NCBI GenBank assembly: GCA_046351555.1
Contig: JAXLYI010000003.1
Location: forward strand, 584,142-648,141
DNA: 64,000 nucleotides
Source of the DNA: Polyangiales bacterium
GTDB lineage: Bacteria; Myxococcota_A; Polyangia; Polyangiales; Ga0077539
Direction of reading: 5' to 3'
In this document: piece after piece, positions 43,276 to 51,164 of the stretch
Position numbering within the stretch: position 1 is the stretch's first letter
Layout of the letters: every line of letters begins with the position of its first letter
Position numbers and translations under genes: made by a program
The notes under the pieces: model-generated
The model's input: the letters and a program-made list of their open reading frames with translations, nothing else
Told to the model about the DNA's origin: nothing
Databases searched by the model: none

Positions 43276-45849
43276 CCGGGCGGCGCCGCGCCGAGGCGCG
43301 CGAGGCACTCGTCGACGGAGAGCACGTCGAGGCGCTCGGCCCAGCGCGCCCGCGGGATCGACCGCGCCAGACGCACGGCGCGGTCGGCCTCGCGCGGGTC
43401 GAGCGCGCCTTCGGGCAGCGTGAGGGCCGCGACCTGGAGCGCGATGGCGGGCACGTGCGCTGCCGCGCGCTCGACGAGCGCCTCGCGCGCAGCGGAGTCG
43501 AGCGGCGCGACGCCGAGGTCGGCCGCCATCGCCTGGAGGACCGACCAGGTGCGCGGCTCGGCGGTCGCGCCCTCGATCGAACGCGCCCGCTCGCACGCGA
43601 CGGCGAGGCCCGCCGCGTCGCCCCGGTGCCACGCGAGGATGGCCTCGTGGCAGTTGGCCAACCGCGCGACGACGGGGTCGACCTCGCGCGGCGTCGACCC
43701 ACTCCGGGTCGGGCTCGGGGCCGCGGCCCTCGCGCCAGGCCAGCGTCCGCTGGAGCCAGAGGGCCCGGCCCTCGATCACCGGGAGCCGCAGCCGCACGGC
43801 CTGCTCCACCGCGCGGTCGAGCAGGAGGCGCGCGCGGTCGAAGCGCCATGCCTCGATCCACGCGGAGGCGGCGGCGAGGAGCTCCCGGAGCCGGCGGCTC
43901 ACCCACGGCTCGCCTCGCGCCCCCCGCAGGAAGAGCCGGGCCGCGTCCTCGTAGCGCTCCTCGGCGCTGGCGAGGCGCGCCTCCCACGACCAGCGGCGCC
44001 GGCGCACGTCCGCCGTCGCGTCGCCGCCGCGCGCCCGGAGCGCGTCCCGCAGCGCCGACACCGACACCCGCCGCGCCGCGTTGACCCTCACCTCGTGGCG
44101 GAGGAGCTCGAGCCGGTCGTCGTCGAAGGGGGCGATCCGCGCGACCAGCGCGCTGGCCTGCGGGGTCCACTGGAGCGTAGCGCGCGCGGCGTCGAGCAGC
44201 GACGCGATCGCGCGGACGCCGGCGCCCGCGAGGTCGGGCGCGGCGAGCTCGTAGCGGAGCCGGTCGAGCGCGTGCGGCGTCCACTGCTCCACCGCGACGC
44301 GCGCCCACAGCCCGAAGAGCGCTTCGAAGTGGCCCCCCGTCGCGCCGCCGCAGCCCCGCAGCGCGCGCGCGCTCTCGCGGAGCAGCACCTCCGCCCGCGC
44401 GAGCTGCCCGCGCGCGGCGAGGCCCTCGGCGACCGCGCAGGCGTCCGCCGTGATCGCGGCGGGGTCGGAGCCCGCCTGGAGCAGGTGCCGGAGCCGCCCT
44501 TCGTCGCCGACGGGCAGGACGTCCGCCACCCGCGCGTGCGCCTCGCGCCTCCGCTCCGGCGCCCACCGGCGCGGCGGCGCGGCGCCCTCCGCCAGCCGGA
44601 CGGCGCCACGCCCGCGCGCGACGCGCCCCTCCGACCGCAAGCGCCGCAGCGCGGCCCGGACGCGCGCCTCGGGCCACACGAGGAGGGCGGGGAGCGCGTC
44701 CGCCCGCAGCGGGACGGCGGCGAGCGCGAGCCACTCCGCGAGCTCCGACGCGTCGGGGTGCGCGTGGGCGCCGGCGCGAGCGGGCGCGTAGGGGATCATC
44801 TCGCCGAGTTGGACCGCGAGGTCGAGCCCGTCGCGCCGCACCGCCCAGGCGCCGTCGGCCCGGCGCGCGACGCCCTCCCGCTCCCAGCGATCGAGCTCCT
44901 CGGCGACCCTCCGCCCGATGCCGCCGGTGCGCGCGTGGAGCAGGCGCGCGGCATCCTCGCGCAGGTGGAGGAGCCGGTCGTGCCCCTGGAAGAGCGCGCG
45001 CAGGTCGGCCTCGCCCCAGACGTCTCGGGCGAGCAACCGCGCCCGGAGGTCGTCGGGGGGCTGCGCGGACGAGGCCCGCAGCAGGGCCGCGACCTCCTGC
45101 GCGGAGGCGGGGCGCGCGTCGGGCCGCGGGGCGAGGAGGCGGGCCAGCACCTCGCGCACCGCGTCTGGGACGTCCGCGGCGCCCCAGCGCGGCGGCGGCG
45201 CGTTCGCCCTGGCGGCGAGCACCTCCGCGGGGCGCCCACGGACCGGGAAGGGGAAGCGGCCGGTGAGCGCGCGGAAGGCCATCACGCCGACGGCGAAGAG
45301 GTCGCTCCGAGGGTCATCGTCGCCCCCGGCCGCCTCAGGCGCCATGTACGCGAGTGTGCCCCAGGTGACGGCGTCGGTGGCGCGCCACGGGGCGTCGAGG
45401 CGCGCGACGCCGAAGTCGACGAGGACGGCGCGGCCCTCGCGCACGAGCACGTTGGAGGGCTTGAGGTCGCGGTGCACAACGCCGAGCGCGTGGACGCGCC
45501 CGAGGACGTCGAGCAGCGACAGGAGCGGGCCCTCGAGCTCGGCCCACGCGCAGGGGAGGCGGCGGCCGGGGAAGGCCTCGCCGGCGACGTGCTCCATCAC
45601 CACGAACGCGCGCCCGCCGGACTCCCCCTCGTCGCGCAGCGCGACCACGCCGGGCACCTGGAGCAGCCGCAGCGCGGCGACCTCGGCGCGCGCCTGCCGG
45701 GCCAGCGCCGGGTCGACGCGGCGGAGCCATTTGAGCGCGACGGGGGTCTCGTCCACGCGGTCGCGCGCCAGCCAGACGGTGGAGGAGCCGCCGCGCCCGA
45801 TGCGTCGAAGAAGTTCGTACCGCGCCGCGACGACGCGCGGGCATTTCAC
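43269..45849 (-). pseudogene. Large Ser/Thr protein kinase with a long helical-repeat C-terminal region. The reading frame is broken near 43686-43690 (frameshift, pseudogene or assembly indel)
   Basis: The kinase domain MKCPRVVAARYELLRRIGRGGSSTVW..HRDLKPSN..DFG..APE starts at the GTG at 45849. Sensible sequence runs to ..GPEPDPEWVDAA and then degenerates into an Arg/Pro/Gly-rich shadow that overlaps two + strand genes. A different frame (track ORF 43269..43661) continues sensibly as (R)EVDPVVARLANCHEAILAWH... to a stop at 43269. Confidence 0.6.
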
Positions 45850-45898
45850 AGTGCAAACCCTAACACACTATTCGGTTTTTCTGCGATACGATGGGCAT

Positions 45899-47287
45899 AT
45901 GGACTCGACGCAGCCCCTCGCCCCTTCGAACTTCCACGTGAAGCGCTTCCACGTGGAGGTGCTCTCGGGGCCACGGCGAGGCGAGCGATGCGAGGCTGAC
46001 CGCGAGGGGCGGATCCACGTCGGCCGCCTCGTCGCGGGGCATGAAGCCCCGTCGGAGCCGGGCGCGTGGCTCTGGCTCGACGACCCGCAGGTGAGCCACG
46101 TTCACCTCGCGCTCGAGGCGCAGCCGACGTGCGTCTCCCTGCGCGACGCGAGCCGCAACGGCACCTGGCTCGGCGGGGCGCGGCTCCGCGGGCACGCGGT
46201 GGAGCTGGCGGAGACGGTCGACGTCCGCGTGGGGGAGACCGACGTCCGCGTGGTGGTCGAGGCCCGCGAGCGCGCGACGCCGCTGCCGGGGCTGACGTCG
46301 TTCGGCGGGCTCCTCGGCACGTCGCCCTCGATGCAGCGGCTCTTCGCGCGGCTCGAGCGCCTCGCGGCCTGCGACCTGCCGGTGCTGATCACCGGCGAGA
46401 CGGGCACGGGCAAGAGCGCGCTGGCGAAGGCGCTCCACGAGCGGAGCCGGCGGGCGGGCAAGGACTTCCTCGAGGTCGACTTCGGGGCGATGAGCCCGCA
46501 GCTCATGGCGGCAGAGCTGTTCGGCAGCGTGCGCGGGGCCTTCACGGGCGCGGTCGACCGCAAGGGGCTGCTGGAGGAGGTGCCGGGGGGCACGGTGCTG
46601 CTCGACGAGGTCGGCGACCTCCCGCTCGACTACCAGCCGCAGCTCCTGCGGGTGCTCGACCGCAAGCGCGTGCGGCGGCTCGGCTCCAACGAGGAGCGCC
46701 CGATCAACGTGCGGGTGATCGCGGCGACCTACCACGACCTCGCGTCGATGGTGAACGAGGGCCGCTTCCGCCTCGACCTCTACGAGCGCCTGGCGGTGTG
46801 CATGGTGGAGATGCCGCCGCTGCGCGAGCGCCGCGACGAGATTCCCGCGCTCGCGCGCCACCTGATCGAGCGCATCCGGGCCGAGGGCGACGTCGAGGTG
46901 CCCGAGGGCTACGCGCTGCCGCCCGACGAGGAGCGCGAGCTCATGCGGCGCGACTGGCCCGGCAACATCCGCGAGCTCTACCACTACCTTGCGTTCAAGC
47001 TGGCGACGGGCGAGCAGCCGCCGCTTCGGCGCAGCCGGCCGACGCCGACGCCCGGCGCGGCGCTGGAGGTCGAAGACCTGCTCGACCGCCCCTACAAGGA
47101 CGCGACCGACGAGCTGACAGTGCGCTTCGACCGGGCCTTCCTGCGGCACCACTACGAGCGCGCGGGCCGCAAGCTGGGCAAGGCGGCGGCGCAGGCGGGG
47201 CTGCACCGGGTGACCTTCACGCAGAAGATGGAGCGCTGCGGGCTGAAGAAGGCGCTCAGCGTGCCGCCCGACGAGGGGGCGGAGTGA
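45899..47287 (+). CDS. FHA domain-containing sigma54-dependent transcriptional activator (bacterial enhancer-binding protein)
   Basis: The N-terminal FHA-like region reads RIHVGR..VSHVHLAL..LRDASRNGTWLGG. The AAA+ core has Walker A GETGTGKS, an intact GAFTGA, Walker B VLLDEVG and an R-finger region. The C-terminal HTH reads AAAQAGLHRVTFTQKMERCGL. Confidence 0.88.
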   Translation: MDSTQPLAPSNFHVKRFHVEVLSGPRRGERCEADREGRIHVGRLVAGHEAPSEPGAWLWLDDPQVSHVHLALEAQPTCVSLRDASRNGTWLGGARLRGHAVELAETVDVRVGETDVRVVVEARERATPLPGLTSFGGLLGTSPSMQRLFARLERLAACDLPVLITGETGTGKSALAKALHERSRRAGKDFLEVDFGAMSPQLMAAELFGSVRGAFTGAVDRKGLLEEVPGGTVLLDEVGDLPLDYQPQLLRVLDRKRVRRLGSNEERPINVRVIAATYHDLASMVNEGRFRLDLYERLAVCMVEMPPLRERRDEIPALARHLIERIRAEGDVEVPEGYALPPDEERELMRRDWPGNIRELYHYLAFKLATGEQPPLRRSRPTPTPGAALEVEDLLDRPYKDATDELTVRFDRAFLRHHYERAGRKLGKAAAQAGLHRVTFTQKMERCGLKKALSVPPDEGAE

Positions 47288-47293
47288 GCGGCC

Positions 47294-47944
47294 TCAGGGG
47301 ACGTTGGTGCCGACGCACTTGAGGTGGTCGTAGGTCACCGAGAGGGTGTTGGGCAGCGTCGCCGCGGTGAACTGGAGGTTCCCGTAGCTGGCGACGGTGC
47401 TGTTGCCGATGTACGTGAACGCCTTCTCGCCGTTGGCCCCGTTCTGCTTGAAGAGCACCCAGTGGTGCTCGAGCGAGTCGAACACGCCGTAGCCGACCCA
47501 GACGTTGTTCGAGCCGTTGCCCTGGAGGATCTTGTAGACGTTGCCCGGCGCGCCCGTGGGGAGGCCGCCGACGTTGGTGACCGCCCAAGAGGTGCAGGCG
47601 TGCGACGGGAGCTTGGCCCGGTACGCCGCGAAGGAGGTCGGGTCGCTGTTGCGGTTGTAGACCACGTCGTGGGCGAACTTCAGCTCCGGCGTGTTGCCGG
47701 TGGTGAGCGTGAGCGGATTGCCGTACTGGATCGACTGGTACTTCTTGTAGGTGCCGTTGGCGTCGTCCTGCGAGTAGGTGACCCAGAACTCCTCGCTGTT
47801 CGTGACGAAGACGCGGCCGCAGGGCAGGCCGTTGTAGAGGATCGGGAGGTCCTCGGGGTACAGCTGCTCGCCCGCGGGCCGCGGCCCGAAGAGGGCCCCC
47901 GGCACCATCACGCCCGCCGCCCGCCCCGTCGTCTTGTTGCGCAT
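47294..47944 (-). CDS. Orphan 216-aa cytoplasmic protein, Asn/Tyr/Thr/Lys-rich and predicted beta-rich; no family recognised
   Basis: The sequence runs MRNKTTGRAAGVMVPGALFGPRPAGEQLYPEDLPILYNGLPCGRVFVTNSEEFWVTYSQDDANGTYKKYQ...VTYDHLKCVGTNVP. GAGGGAGAA lies 6-7 nt upstream of the ATG at 47944. The composition is unlike shadow ORFs. Third codon positions are still G/C-rich. Confidence 0.65.
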   Translation of the reverse strand: MRNKTTGRAAGVMVPGALFGPRPAGEQLYPEDLPILYNGLPCGRVFVTNSEEFWVTYSQDDANGTYKKYQSIQYGNPLTLTTGNTPELKFAHDVVYNRNSDPTSFAAYRAKLPSHACTSWAVTNVGGLPTGAPGNVYKILQGNGSNNVWVGYGVFDSLEHHWVLFKQNGANGEKAFTYIGNSTVASYGNLQFTAATLPNTLSVTYDHLKCVGTNVP

Positions 47945-47967
47945 CGTCGTTCTCCCTCGTCTCGTGC

Positions 47968-48687
47968 TCATCGGGGGACGGCCCGGATCAGCGCCCCCAG
48001 GTTGTAGAAGGCCCTCCCGTCCTCGCGGAGGGGCCCCGCGTCGCGGTGCACCGCGACCACCCGCCAGGCGCGGTCGAACACCGGCGCGCCCGACGATCCG
48101 TTCTGCGTGTCGAGGTCGTAGCGGACCTCCGCGGGCCCGCGGAGCACGAGGCTCACGCGCTTCCAGCGGGAGGAGACCAGCGCCTTGCCGCCGCCGGGCC
48201 GGTGGATCATCGCCACCTCGTCGCCCGCGCCCACCTCGACGTCGGCCGCCGCGAGGCCCGCCGGCAACGGCCCCGCCCCCTCGTCGACGCGCAGCCCCAC
48301 CGCCGTCACGTCCGCCGACGCGCGCGTGCGGAAGGTGCCCGCGTCGACCGCGCACGCCAGCCGCCCCGCCGTCACCCCGCGCTCGTAGCGCTCGAACACG
48401 ACGGCCGCGCGCGCCGCCACCGCGCGCGTCGGGATTACGTGGTGGCAGGTGACGAAGCGCCCGTCGTCGAGCAGGAAGCCCGTCGCCACTGGCCGGTCGT
48501 CGACCCGTACGCTGCCCACCGCGTCCGCGAGCGCCGACAGCCGCTCGAGCGCCGCGAGCTCCGCCGGCGCCGCCGCGAGCAGGGCGTTGTCTTCCGTGTC
48601 GCCGACGAGGCGCCGCGCGCGCTCGGGGCGGGACGTCTCCCCGCCCCAGCCCCACGCCGGGCCGGGCCACACACCCGCGCTGACCAT
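47968..48687 (-). CDS. Cytoplasmic trypsin-like (S1/Trypsin_2) serine protease
   Basis: Catalytic contexts are GFLLDDGRFVTCHHV (His), ADVTAVGL (Asp) and DTQNGSSGAPVF (Ser). There is no signal peptide. Its stop is 23 nt upstream of the orphan gene. Confidence 0.8.
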   Translation of the reverse strand: MVSAGVWPGPAWGWGGETSRPERARRLVGDTEDNALLAAAPAELAALERLSALADAVGSVRVDDRPVATGFLLDDGRFVTCHHVIPTRAVAARAAVVFERYERGVTAGRLACAVDAGTFRTRASADVTAVGLRVDEGAGPLPAGLAAADVEVGAGDEVAMIHRPGGGKALVSSRWKRVSLVLRGPAEVRYDLDTQNGSSGAPVFDRAWRVVAVHRDAGPLREDGRAFYNLGALIRAVPR

Positions 48688-48693
48688 GACCGT

Positions 48694-48721
48694 ATTCTAA
48701 CCTCCGCCGTGCCCCATGCAA
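48694..48721 (-). promoter_or_regulatory. Candidate sigma70-type promoter (TTGCAT-N16-TAGAAT) giving a leaderless or near-leaderless protease mRNA
   Basis: On the minus strand, TTGCAT lies at 48721-48716 and TAGAAT at 48699-48694. Only 6 nt separate the -10 box from the ATG at 48687. Confidence 0.4.
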
Positions 48722-48730
48722 CGCTTGAAT

Positions 48731-48749
48731 CCCTTGAAAAATCAAAGGG
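48731..48749 (-). terminator. AT-rich hairpin (CCCUUUGA-UUUU-UCAAGGG on the minus strand) downstream of the membrane-lipoprotein gene
   Basis: The stem has 7 bp with one bulge and the loop is UUUU. It lies 44-62 nt after the stop at 48793 and is followed by AUUCAAGCGUU. The U-tract is weak, so terminator function is uncertain. Confidence 0.3.
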
Positions 48750-48792
48750 ATGCGGAGGATGCGCGGGTGCATCCGAGGATGCCGCGGGGCAT

Positions 48793-50058
48793 CTACGGGC
48801 GGGACGAGGAGAGCATCCCGTTGCCGCCGTCGTTGACCTTCTTGCGGAGGTACCAGGGGCGGGTGGAGACGGCCGACGCGGGGTACGAGATGCCGAGGAT
48901 GAGCGCGAGGATGACGAGCAGCGCGACGCGCCCGGTGGTGAGGTGCGGGTCGAGGCCGAACTGGTGCCACGACGGGTCGACGCTGGAGACGACGAAGGGA
49001 ACGCGCGCGCACTGACCGCGCTCGACGCAACTGCTCGGGCCGTCGCCGGTCTCGTCGCCGACGGTGAGCGCGGCGCCGTCGCGGGCGAAGGTGCCCTGGA
49101 TCGCGTGGTGGTACACCCAGTAGCCCGCGCTGTTCTTGGGCTTGTGCCAGGTGCGCCAGTAGTCGGTGGCGGTCGGCGTCGCCCACTCGACCCGCCCGGT
49201 GGCCGAGAGCGCCACGTACTCGGGCATCACCACGCCGCACACGAACGCGAGCGCCGCCGCGAGCCCGACGGCCCAGTTGCGGTGGAATCGCATCCGCGCG
49301 AGCGAGGTGGCGCCCGGCCGCTCGGCGGAGATCACCATGCGCCCGGCGGCGGGCGGCCGCACCGTCGGCAGCGCGAAGCCCTGGCGGTAGGCGCCTCCCT
49401 GCGTCTGCGCGGCGGCGCCGGAGAGGTCGCCGGAGACGTGGACGCGCTCGCCCGGCGCGATGTCGCTGACGCGCGTGCGCTGGTTGTGGCTGTGGCGCGT
49501 GATGTCGTCGTGCGCGTCGTGGACGGCGACGCGCGCGTCGGGCTCGACCTGCACGCGGACGCCGTCGTCGCGCACGACCGTGAAGGCGCGGACGTTGACG
49601 TCGCGCCGGTGCTCGCGCCAGGCGTGGTGCCACGCGCCCTTGTGCTGCCACTCGGTGCCGGTTTGATGGATGTCGATGCGGACGACGGCCCCCGCCCAGC
49701 CCGGCGGCGCCTCCACCGTCCCGAAGACCACCGCGGGGCCGTCGCGCAAGGGCGCGCGCGGGTCGCAGGCCTGCTCGGCGAGCGCGCGGCGGCGGTGCCA
49801 CCAGGCCCAGAAGGCCGCGGCCGAGATGGCGCCGCCGTAGAACAGGACGCCGAAGAGCGCGGCGAGCGTCGCGCTGGTGCCGCCGCTGACCACGTCGCGC
49901 CCGAGGACGCCCGTCTCGCGCTCGTCGAAGGGCCAGTTGTTGGCGTCGTAGCCCGACGGCGACGGGGCGGCGGTGAGCGGCGTCCAGGTGGGGGTCCGCT
50001 CGCAGCCGAGCGCGCCGAGGAGGGCCGCGAGGAGCGCGGCGCGGAGGGTGTGCTGCAT
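48793..50058 (-). CDS. Polytopic membrane lipoprotein of unknown function
   Basis: The internal ATG at 50058 gives MQHTLRAALLAALLGALGC (lipobox). There are three further hydrophobic helices (ATLAALFGVLFYGGAISAAAFWAWW, NWAVGLAAALAFVCGVVMPEYVAL, RVALLVILALILGISYPA). Between them are beta-rich loops (RAFTVVRDDGVRVQVEPDARVAV..IAPGERVHVSGDL). Confidence 0.6.
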   Translation of the reverse strand: MQHTLRAALLAALLGALGCERTPTWTPLTAAPSPSGYDANNWPFDERETGVLGRDVVSGGTSATLAALFGVLFYGGAISAAAFWAWWHRRRALAEQACDPRAPLRDGPAVVFGTVEAPPGWAGAVVRIDIHQTGTEWQHKGAWHHAWREHRRDVNVRAFTVVRDDGVRVQVEPDARVAVHDAHDDITRHSHNQRTRVSDIAPGERVHVSGDLSGAAAQTQGGAYRQGFALPTVRPPAAGRMVISAERPGATSLARMRFHRNWAVGLAAALAFVCGVVMPEYVALSATGRVEWATPTATDYWRTWHKPKNSAGYWVYHHAIQGTFARDGAALTVGDETGDGPSSCVERGQCARVPFVVSSVDPSWHQFGLDPHLTTGRVALLVILALILGISYPASAVSTRPWYLRKKVNDGGNGMLSSSRP

Positions 50059-50088
50059 GGCGTCATGAGACCGCCCGCCGGCCGCGCG

Positions 50089-50104
50089 TGCAAGGGCTTC
50101 GCCG
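50089..50104 (-). promoter_or_regulatory. Weak sigma54-like -24/-12 element (CGGCGAAGCCCTTGCA) upstream of the membrane-lipoprotein gene
   Basis: The minus strand reads CGGCGA-AGCCC-TTGCA. The GG and GC have the spacing of the TGGCAC-N5-TTGCW consensus, and the element ends 30 nt upstream of the ATG at 50058. Only 8 of about 12 consensus positions match. Confidence 0.25.
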
Positions 50105-50164
50105 GACGCGGCGGGAGATTCTCGCGTCGCGGGTCGGGACAGTCGTGATATAGGCGCCGCCGCG

Positions 50165-51163
50165 ATGACCACCCCCACCCTCCCCGCGGACACGCTCGCG
50201 CGCGTCCACGAGCTCATGGTGAAGGGCCGCGTGCTCGAGGAGCGCCTCATCACGATGTGGCGCCAGGGCGACGGCTACTTCTGGATCGGCGGCCCCGGCG
50301 AGGAGGCCTTCAACGTGCCCCTCGGGATGCTGGTGGACAAGGGGAGCGGCGTCGCCCACGACTACCTCCACCTGCACTACCGCTCGAGCGGCACGATGCT
50401 CGCGATGGGCGCCGAGCCGATCGACGCGATGCGGCAGATGAAGAACACCGCGTCCGACCCCTACTCCGGCGGCCGCAACTTCGCCGGCCACTACTCCATC
50501 CGCAAGTGGAACGTCGCGCCCGTCTCGTCGCCGATCGAGGTTCAGTTCTCGATGGCGCCGGGCACCGCGATCGCGCAGAAGCGCCACGGCGGCCGGGGGA
50601 TCACGATCGTGCAGGGCGGCGACGCCGGCACCGCGGAGGCCGACTTCTACGCCTGCCTCACGTGGTCGACGCGCAAGGGCGCCGAGCTCCCGGTGCTGAT
50701 GGTGGTGACCAACAACCGCTGGGGCATCTCGACGGCGTACGAGACGCAGCACCCGTCGGCGGCCACCATCGCCGACCGGGCGCGCGGCTTCGGGATGCCC
50801 GCGGAGGTGGTCGACGGCAACGACGTCGAGGCGTCGTGGGCGGCGATCGCGCGGGCGATGGAGTACGTGCGCACCGAGCGCAAGCCGTACCTCCTCGAGG
50901 CGCTGGTGTCGCGGCTGCGCGGGCACTCGTCGGCGACGGGCGCGTCGTTCGTGAAGGCCGAGGACGACTGCCTCGCGCGCTTCGAAGCGACGCTGGAGGC
51001 CCGCGGGGTGAAGACCCGCGCGGAGATGGACGACCTGCGCGCGCGGCTGACCGCGGAGTACCTCGAGCTGTCGAAGAAGGTGATCGCCGAGCCGCAGCCC
51101 GACGGGTCGACGGTGTTCGACCACCTGTTCGCGGAGACCAACCTCGTGGGCGGAGGGCGCTGA
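50165..51163 (+). CDS. Thiamine-diphosphate-dependent 2-oxoacid dehydrogenase E1 component, alpha subunit
   Basis: 332 aa with YRSSG, the TPP-binding region GDAGTAEADFYACLTWS..LPVLMVVTNNRWGIST, and RLRGHS. Confidence 0.9.
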   Translation: MTTPTLPADTLARVHELMVKGRVLEERLITMWRQGDGYFWIGGPGEEAFNVPLGMLVDKGSGVAHDYLHLHYRSSGTMLAMGAEPIDAMRQMKNTASDPYSGGRNFAGHYSIRKWNVAPVSSPIEVQFSMAPGTAIAQKRHGGRGITIVQGGDAGTAEADFYACLTWSTRKGAELPVLMVVTNNRWGISTAYETQHPSAATIADRARGFGMPAEVVDGNDVEASWAAIARAMEYVRTERKPYLLEALVSRLRGHSSATGASFVKAEDDCLARFEATLEARGVKTRAEMDDLRARLTAEYLELSKKVIAEPQPDGSTVFDHLFAETNLVGGGR

Positions 51164-51164
51164 C

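Noticed and set aside
45850-45898. Sigma54 promoter in the kinase/activator spacer (the minus strand has TTGCA next to the kinase start)
   Set aside because: There is no GG at the required -24 spacing, and the TTGCA lies only 3 nt from the start codon.
47294-47944. Lower-GC gene as a recent horizontal-transfer island
   Set aside because: The GC dip is explained by the Asn/Tyr/Lys/Thr-rich amino-acid content. Third codon positions remain strongly G/C (AAC, TAC, AAG, ACC), as in the host genes. No mobility genes or direct repeats flank it.
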